DNA from: Octopus bimaculoides
Lineage: Eukaryota
Length of the DNA stretch: 64,000 nt
NCBI RefSeq assembly: GCF_001194135.2
Contig: NC_068989.1
Location: forward strand, 6,329,727 to 6,393,726
Direction of reading: 5' to 3'
Every line of letters starts with the position of its first letter. Within the stretch, counting starts at the first letter, position 1. A program made the translations under genes and the position numbers. This document shows positions 53,839 to 64,000 of this stretch, piece by piece. The notes beneath the pieces were generated by a model. It searched no databases, was not told the origin of the DNA, and worked only from the letters and a program-made list of their open reading frames with translations.

Positions 53839-54359
53839 GTATATGCATGCACATACACAAGCACATACATATAAAGATATCATTTTCTTCACTCCTATGA
53901 AATAAACACTGAATACAACTCTACAATTGAATTTTAATTACAGATATAATCAAATAACCTCGTATGAAATACATTCCTCTTTTAAAAGAAGCAAACTGAA
54001 TGGACTAATTAAATTCACACTTATAGGAAAGAATGGATTCACAGCCAACTTAACATCAGTAGAACAGAGTTCATTAATAGCGATGATAGTCCCAGAGTAT
54101 TGGATTGTGTTGGAAGAAGCAAGAGGAATATGATGAACTAAGAGAGTATTTCCCTTGTCTTAATGGATGCCAATCAATGGCAGCTACACGTTATACAATG
54201 GTAGTGACCTGGAACCAAGAGAAAATGGCTTGAACAATAAAAGTGGATTAGTATCTGTATGGGTATATACATACACATACACCCATATCTATCTACCTAC
54301 CTATCTATCTATCTACCTACCTATCTATCTATCTATCTATCCATCCATCCATCTATATA

Positions 54360-54566
54360 TACGTGGTCTAATCAATAAATATCTGGATTGTTGCCATTAT
54401 AATGAAGCTAAAGCACACAGAGTGAAGCCGCTTGGCACAGATTGACCTTGAACTCTGCTGTGCCTGCGCACTAAGTTTTAACATTCTAACTCCACTCCCC
54501 TGTTAACAGCAGTGCTTGGAAGGAAGGTGTGTAGCGTGTGATCATTGCAATGAACATGACAGAGGT
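54360..54566 (+). mobile_element. Mariner-like element 5' end (TIR, leader, start of ORF)
   Basis: Begins TA-CGTGGTCTAATCAATAAATATC and ends at ATGACAGAG; family assignment is from recall only. Confidence 0.5.
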
Positions 54567-54719
54567 TATACTGCAAAAACATGACCCAGGGACCACCCAC
54601 AGTTCTCAGCTGCTACCTAACATTTATTGACTGTCACCAGACCATGCAGTGAGGCTGTATGTTTTGTTTTATAGATTTGTATACTCTAACTCTTCAACAT
54701 GGGACCTGTAATAGAAAAA

Positions 54720-54902
54720 ATACAAAGGTGCTGGTACCACGCAAAAAGCACCCAGTACACTCTGTAAAGAGGTTGGCGTATGGAGGTGCATCTTGTGATA
54801 GAAAACGTGCCAAAACAGACAGTTGTAGCCTGGTGCAGCTCTCCAGCTTATCAGCTCCCGTCAAACCATTCAACCCATACCAGCATGGACAACGGACATT
54901 AA

Positions 54903-54961
<59 letters not shown>

Positions 54962-54962
54962 A
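54720..54962 (+). mobile_element. Retroposon family D 3' end with long (GAT)n tail
   Basis: AAAAGCACCCAGTACACTCTGTAAAG..CAACCCATACCAGCATGGACAACGGACATTAAA(TGA)n. Confidence 0.8.
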
Positions 54963-55370
54963 TGCCTGATCCTAACACATGATGCAAACAAATGTATTTT
55001 CTACTTGGAAAGATAGAGATGATTAAGAAAATACATGAAGGTGGAGGCTTTGCTGCTGTAGACTGTTAAGTTTAATGTCAATGAATCTTAAGCATTCTTT
55101 CTGTTTGCTAACTGCGCAGAGACGACCCATTCATCACTTGGATTTTTTTGCAACAAAACTTCTCTGATAAACGAAGATGTATTAATATTTGTATATCTTG
55201 CGTATTTAGAATTTATATCCTTGCATGGATATTGGACTGCATTATCTTAGCTCTGCTCTAGATTATTGTAGCTCAGTGAAAGGTTAGCATAGAGATGATT
55301 CATTTATCATTCTGCTTTTTGGAACCAAACTTCCATGATAAATGAAGATGTATTAATATTTAACTCTACT

Positions 55371-55602
55371 TTAAATCTTTTGATACCAACTTGGCTGAAA
55401 CTGGTTCTGACACTGTAGCACAAAAATGTCTTGTTTGCAAAAGTTCTGAATTAAAATCTTCCACCAAACCTTTGTCACAATTTATGTTCCTAACACTAGC
55501 TTAATGATAACTAAGTTATTTTACTAAATTCTTTGTTATATTTAAAATTAATTGAAAGAAACACAAAACATCTCAACAGAAATATGGTAACAAAAGGGTT
55601 AA
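55371..55602. mobile_element. piggyBac-type MITE, copy 1 (left TIR decayed)
   Basis: TTAA at both ends, right end TGGTAACAAAAGGG-TTAA; colinear with 55626-55855. Confidence 0.75.
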
Positions 55603-55625
55603 AATATATAATAGAGAAACAATTC

Positions 55626-55855
55626 TTAACCCTTTTCATACCAACTTGGCTGAAAACACTTCTGGTTCTGTGGCACAAATGTTTTGTTTTCATAAGTTTT
55701 GAATTAAAATCTTCCACCAAACCTTAGTCACAATTTATGTTCCTAACACTAGCTGAATGATAACTAAGTTATTTTACTAAATTCTTTGTTATATTTAAAA
55801 TTAATTGAAAGAAACTTAGAGCATCTCAACAGAAATATGATAACAAAAGGGTTAA
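55626..55855. mobile_element. piggyBac-type MITE, copy 2
   Basis: TTAA-CCCTTTTCATA..TGATAACAAAAGGG-TTAA. Confidence 0.8.
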
Positions 55856-55856
55856 G

Positions 55857-56030
55857 ACAGCGAACTGGCAGAATTGTTAGCACACTAGACGAAATACTAA
55901 GTGGCATTTCACATGTCTTCACGTTCTGTGTTTAAATTCCATTGAGGTTGACTTTGCGTTTGGTCCTTTCAGGGTTGATAAAATAAAAACCAATTGAATA
56001 CTGGGGTCCTCCCCCAAAATTACTGACCTT
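55857..56030 (+). mobile_element. SINE family B, degenerate
   Basis: GCGAACTGGCAGAATTGTTAGCAC..GAGGTTGACTTTGC..GATAAAATAAAAACCA. Confidence 0.75.
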
Positions 56031-56419
56031 CTACCACAATTTGAAATCAAAGTTTTGCTCTATTCTAGATTAATGTAGCTCAATGCAGGGTAAGCATTGC
56101 TAGTCACTGCTATTCTCTGAATACCAGCTGTATTAGATGTTATATTTTGGAGGAGACCTCCGTAGTCTAATAAAGGCAAAAGACCGTTTCACTATATTGA
56201 AGTTATTGACAGAAACAAACAATATGAAACTGAAGAATTACTAAAGTTAATGGGCGAGAGAGAGAATTCTGGCACAGCGTGATGAAACGCATTTTGGTTA
56301 TCACCTCTCTCTCTCTCTCTCTCTCTCTCTTCAAGAAGATTATTGGGAACTCAGTATCCATTACATAAATATATAGTAAAAGATGTATAGGGAATATATA
56401 TACAAATAATGTGCAGGAG

Positions 56420-56639
56420 TGTGTGTGTGTGTGTATGTATGTATATATATGTATATGTATGTATGTATGTATGTGTATATATATATATGCATAATACATA
56501 TATATATATATATAGATACATATATATATATGCATACATACATATATATATATGCATACATATACACATATATACATATATGTATACATACATATATACA
56601 TATATACATATATATGCATACATACATATACACATACAT

Positions 56640-56706
<67 letters not shown>

Positions 56707-56782
56707 TATATACACATACATATATATGTACATATATATATATATATACACATACATATATATATATATGTACATATATATG

Positions 56783-56839
<57 letters not shown>

Positions 56840-57120
56840 CTTTATATGTTTATATCGATGAGTTGTTTATGCTCATAGAATTTTCTTCATCTTCATGCTA
56901 TAAATAATAAGGAAACTTCAACCAAATCTGGCCAAACATTCCATCAAAGATGACAAGTGTGATTTTCATATTTATTAGATTATATCTTTGTAATTTCAAT
57001 AACACTAGTCTTCAGATATATACATACATATATATGTACATATATATCGAAAAAGAGAGAGGCATACATTATATATGTATATAGAAATAGATAGATAGAT
57101 AGGCAGATAGATAGATAGGC

Positions 57121-57176
<56 letters not shown>

Positions 57177-57190
57177 GGATAGATGAAGAG
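56420..57190. repeat. TA/CA compound microsatellite and (GATA)n
   Basis: Direct reading. Confidence 0.9.
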
Positions 57191-58647
57191 GTACATGGAT
57201 GGATTGATAGATAGATGGCTAGCTAGATTATTTTCATTCAATTATGGCTACAATCTTCACATGATCGCTGCTGCTCTCCCATTCTTACACACACACACAC
57301 ATAATTCCTTCAGCACCCTACAAGATCCTTGCTGGAATCCTACCAGCCTCGTCGTGCTCTGTATACACCAGCCCCCTCCGTCCGTGTCCTGCCTCCCCCA
57401 CCACCACCGAAATCTCTCACTCCCCCACAATNNNNNNNNNNNNNNNNNNNNNNNNNNNNNNNNNNNNNNNNNNNNNNNNNNNNNNNNNNNNNNNNNNNNN
57501 NNNNNNNNNNNNNNNNNNNNNNNNNNNNNNNNNNNNNNNNNNNNNNNNNNNNNNNNNNNNNNNNNNNNNNNNNNNNNNNNNNNNNNNNNNNNNNNNNNNN
57601 NNNNNNNNNNNNNNNNNNNNNNNNNNNNNNNNNNNNNNNNNNNNNNNNNNNNNNNNNNNNNNNNNNNNNNNNNNNNNNNNNNNNNNNNNNNNNNNNNNNN
57701 NNNNNNNNNNNNNNNNNNNNNNNNNNNNNNNNNNNNNNNNNNNNNNNNNNNNNNNNNNNNNNNNNNNNNNNNNNNNNNNNNNNNNNNNNNNNNNNNNNNN
57801 NNNNNNNNNNNNNNNNNNNNNNNNNNNNNNNNNNNNNNNNNNNNNNNNNNNNNNNNNNNNNNNNNNNNNNNNNNNNNNNNNNNNNNNNNNNNNNNNNNNN
57901 NNNNNNNNNNNNNNNNNNNNNNNNNNNNNNNNNNNNNNNNNNNNNNNNNNNNNNNNNNNNNNNNNNNNNNNNNNNNNNNNNNNNNNNNNNNNNNNNNNNN
58001 NNNNNNNNNNNNNNNNNNNNNNNNNNNNNNNNNNNNNNNNNNNNNNNNNNNNNNNNNNNNNNNNNNNNNNNNNNNNNNNNNNNNNNNNNNNNNNNNNNNN
58101 NNNNNNNNNNNNNNNNNNNNNNNNNNNNNNNNNNNNNNNNNNNNNNNNNNNNNNNNNNNNNNNNNNNNNNNNNNNNNNNNNNNNNNNNNNNNNNNNNNNN
58201 NNNNNNNNNNNNNNNNNNNNNNNNNNNNNNNNNNNNNNNNNNNNNNNNNNNNNNNNNNNNNNNNNNNNNNNNNNNNNNNNNNNNNNNNNNNNNNNNNNNN
58301 NNNNNNNNNNNNNNNNNNNNNNNNNNNGTGTGTGTGCACATGTATAATGTTTGCTTGTGTGCTTGTATGTATATATATGCATGTGTATTTATATGTGTGT
58401 GCTTGTGTGTATATGTGCATGTGTGTTTGGTGTGCATAAGTGTGTGTGTGTGTATATGTGTGCTGGAATTTAGGATTAGTCATCTGTAAGTGTGGAACAG
58501 GTGCCTTTTAGCTGTGCACTTTCATGCATATGTGTGCATACTTGAGCACGTGTGTGTATAAGCATTTGCTGACATGTATGGGTCAATGTGGTGGCATATA
58601 TGCATGTGTGAGTGTGTGCATGTGTGAGTGTGTGCATGTGTGTGTGT

Positions 58648-59077
58648 ATCCTTTCTACTAAAGGCACAAGGCCTGAAATTTATGTAGGAGGGTGTAAGTC
58701 TATTACGTCAACCCCAGTGCGTAACTGGCACTTAATTTATCGACCCCGAAAGGATGAAAGGCAAAGTTGACCTCGGTAGAATTTGAGCTCAGAACTTAAC
58801 AGCAGACGAAATACAGCTAAGCATTTCGCCCGGCGTGCTAACGTTTCTTATTTCTTTATTGCCCACAAAGGGCTAAACATACAGGGGACAAACAAGGACA
58901 AGCAAAGGGATTAAGTCGATTAGATCGACCCCAGTGCATAACTGGTACTTAATTTATCGACCCCGAAAGGATGAAAGGCAAAGTCGACCTCGGTGGAATT
59001 TGAACTCAGAACGTAACGGCAGACAAAATACTGCTAAGCATTTCGCCCGGCGTGCTAACGTTTCTGCTAGCTCGCCG
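58648..59077 (-). mobile_element. SINE family B, complete dimer (type-1 left monomer plus type-2 right monomer)
   Basis: Two colinear units joined near 58845 by GGGCAATAAAGAAATAA|GAAACGTTAGCACGCCG on the minus strand. Confidence 0.9.
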
Positions 59078-59889
59078 TCGTTTGTAAGTTTCTAGTCAGC
59101 TAAATTTCTGGTGGTACAGGTTCAATTTCCAGTTGAGCTACTCCGTTTTACTTTACATCTCACGCTTGCAATTCCAGGCCATACATCAAAGAGAATTTGA
59201 CAAGGTCACAAGACATTACCTGAAGACGAAGACTTTGAAGATGAACTTACAACTCAATTAGGCTAACACTCACATTTCAATTTTCATCATAATTAAGCAC
59301 ATTATATATGAAAATCTATTAACCGCTTTCATTCCACTCCACCTGAGATTACACCTGGCTCTTTGACACAAAACTGCCAGGTATAAAGTGCTTGTATTAA
59401 AATTATAATTATCTTTTATCTTTTACTTGTTTCAAGTGGCCATGCTGTAGATGATTCAGATCTCATATAGAAGCAGTTGTTGAAGCTGAAGGTGGATTTA
59501 TTGAATAATATTATAGATAAGAAGGTTTATTTTTATCCTCATAGCATTTTTTAATAAATAAATTCATTATTTGTTATTATATATCTATTTTTTTTTTATA
59601 AACATAAATCTGTCCTCAAATATCCTAAGCACTCTGTATATAAATATATAAATGTGTTTGTCCTTCATCCCTCCCCAGTGTTTCACTTACCAGTTCTTGT
59701 TTGTTTACATTCCTATAACTTAGACTTTAAAAAAAATATAAGATCTGCACAGAGGGAGTGGAGGGGGGGGGTTCGATTCATTCGACTGAAACCTCTTCAA
59801 AGCAGTGCCCCAGCATGGCCACAGCCTAATGACTAAAACAAGCAAAAAGATAAAAGACAAAATATTAAATATAAAAAAAAAACTTAAAC

Positions 59890-60552
59890 GAACCACATGG
59901 TTCTGGGTTCAGTCCCACTGCATGGCACCTTGGGTAAGTGTCTTCTGCTATAGCCTTGGGCCAACCAAAGCCTTGTGAGTGGGTTTGGTAGATGGAAACT
60001 GAAAGAAGCCCGTCGTATGTATATATNNNNNNNNNNNNNNNNNNNNNNNNNNNNNNNNNNNNNNNNNNNNNNNNNNNNNGTGGCACATAAGATACACCTT
60101 TTCGAACATGGCCGTTGCCAGTACTGCCTGACTGGCCTTCATGCCGATGGCACGTAAAAGCACCCACTACACTCACTGAGTGGTTGGCGTTAGGAAGGGT
60201 ATCCAGCTGTAGAAACTCTGCCAGATCAGATTGGAGGCTGGTGTTGCCATCCGGTTTCACCAGTCTTCAGTCAAATAGTCCAACCCATGCTAGCATGGAA
60301 AGCGGACGTTAAACGATGATGATGATGATGATGATGTATGTATATATATGTTTGTGTCTGTGTTTATCTCCCCCACTATTGCTTGACAACCGATGTTTGT
60401 GTGTTTATGTCCCCGTAACTTAGTGGTTAGGTAAAACAGACCGATAGAATAAGTGCTAGGCTTACAAAGAATAAGTCCTGGGGTCGATTTGTTCGACTGA
60501 ATGCAGTGCTACAGCATGGCTGCAGTCAAATGAGTGAAACAAATAAAAGAAA
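59890..60552 (+). mobile_element. SINE family A with a family D element nested at its internal microsatellite
   Basis: Family A head 59890-60020, gap, family D 60080-60335 ending (GAT)n, then family A tail 60350-60552. Confidence 0.75.
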
Positions 60553-60989
60553 GTATAGCAAAGGAATATAAAACAAAAATCGTGACTGTGTACATCTAAA
60601 CTAATTTGGTGGAGAAAGATTTGGAACTTCTTTAGAAATAAAGTCGTTAGTAAAGAATCTCATTGGAATTAAGTAAATACATTGATAAACCATTTTGTCG
60701 TTTAGTGTTCAATCAAGAAAATGGTAATTATTGATTTCTTGGTTTGGCATTGGCAGAAAGCCTGAAATTTGGTAGAGGGGTGAATATAGTCAATTATGCA
60801 CCAGTATGGCCACAGTCTAATGACTAAAATAAGCAAAACTGTAGAAACTTTGCTAGATCAGATGGGAGCCTGGTGCAGCCTTCTGGTTTGCCACTCCCCA
60901 GGCTGTGATCTCACTTTACTTGCAGGGTTTTGTCAACCACAGTAATATCTCCAGAGGTCTTTGCATGATACCTTGCATGTACCACGTCC

Positions 60990-63600
<2,611 letters not shown>

Positions 63601-63859
63601 CTCTCCCCACCCTCTAAGCCACACCCTCCTGTCCAGTCCGTCGGAATACGGTACATTGTAATACACTATAGTATAACAGAGATTGTATCTGACAGACCAA
63701 TATCACTGCTGTGATTGAATCTGACAGAATACTTTGCTTCCGATCCACCACGACCACCACCACCACACACTTCACTTATATCTCCGTCACCATAACCACT
63801 CGGCTACAAATAATTCCCCTGCCCTGCCCCCCCAACCACTTCCATCCCACTGCTCTTAC

Positions 63860-64000
63860 ATCATCCTTCTCATCATCATCAGCATCATCTTCATCATCAG
63901 CAACATGATCCTCTTCAGCCTCATCATTGACGTCATTCTCATCATCAGCATCATCATAATCGTCATCATCGTCGTCGTCCTCATCATCTTCTCCAATGTT
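63860..64000. repeat. Degenerate (CAT)n tract
   Basis: Direct reading. Confidence 0.85.

Noticed and set aside
56983-57020. Minus-strand CTGAAGA..GAAA
   Set aside because: Stem II is not paired and there is no valid stem III or cleavage triplet register.
63860-64000. Acidic D/E-rich reading on the minus strand
   Set aside because: Explained by a degenerate (GAT)n microsatellite like those elsewhere in the window.

Overview
This window is eukaryotic, AT-rich, microsatellite-saturated non-coding DNA from a gapped assembly. The larger N-runs are near 26.2-27.1, 27.8-28.4, 31.6-32.2, 50.0-50.4, 52.7-53.5 and 57.4-58.3 kb. The repeat complement looks like Octopus, which I infer from recognising the repeat families, not from a search. 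I recognise no host protein-coding exon, and almost all ORFs in the track are read-throughs of microsatellites or N-gaps. The window holds many copies of three interspersed retroposon families: A (tRNA head, internal microsatellite, conserved tail), B (tRNA-like head, sometimes dimeric) and D (ending in (GAT)n). It also holds decayed Tc1/mariner pieces (one DD37D), mariner- and piggyBac-type MITEs, a CR1-like LINE fragment and a Penelope-like (GIY-YIG) relic. The main find is a set of type I hammerhead ribozyme motifs, all on the minus strand. One lies inside a ~270-bp tRNA-headed SINE-like element flanked by a 9-bp target-site duplication (37821-38090). Two others are homologous long-stem-II hammerheads (15687-15775, 39221-39311) with covarying palindromic stem III. 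All structures were derived by eye and are untested.
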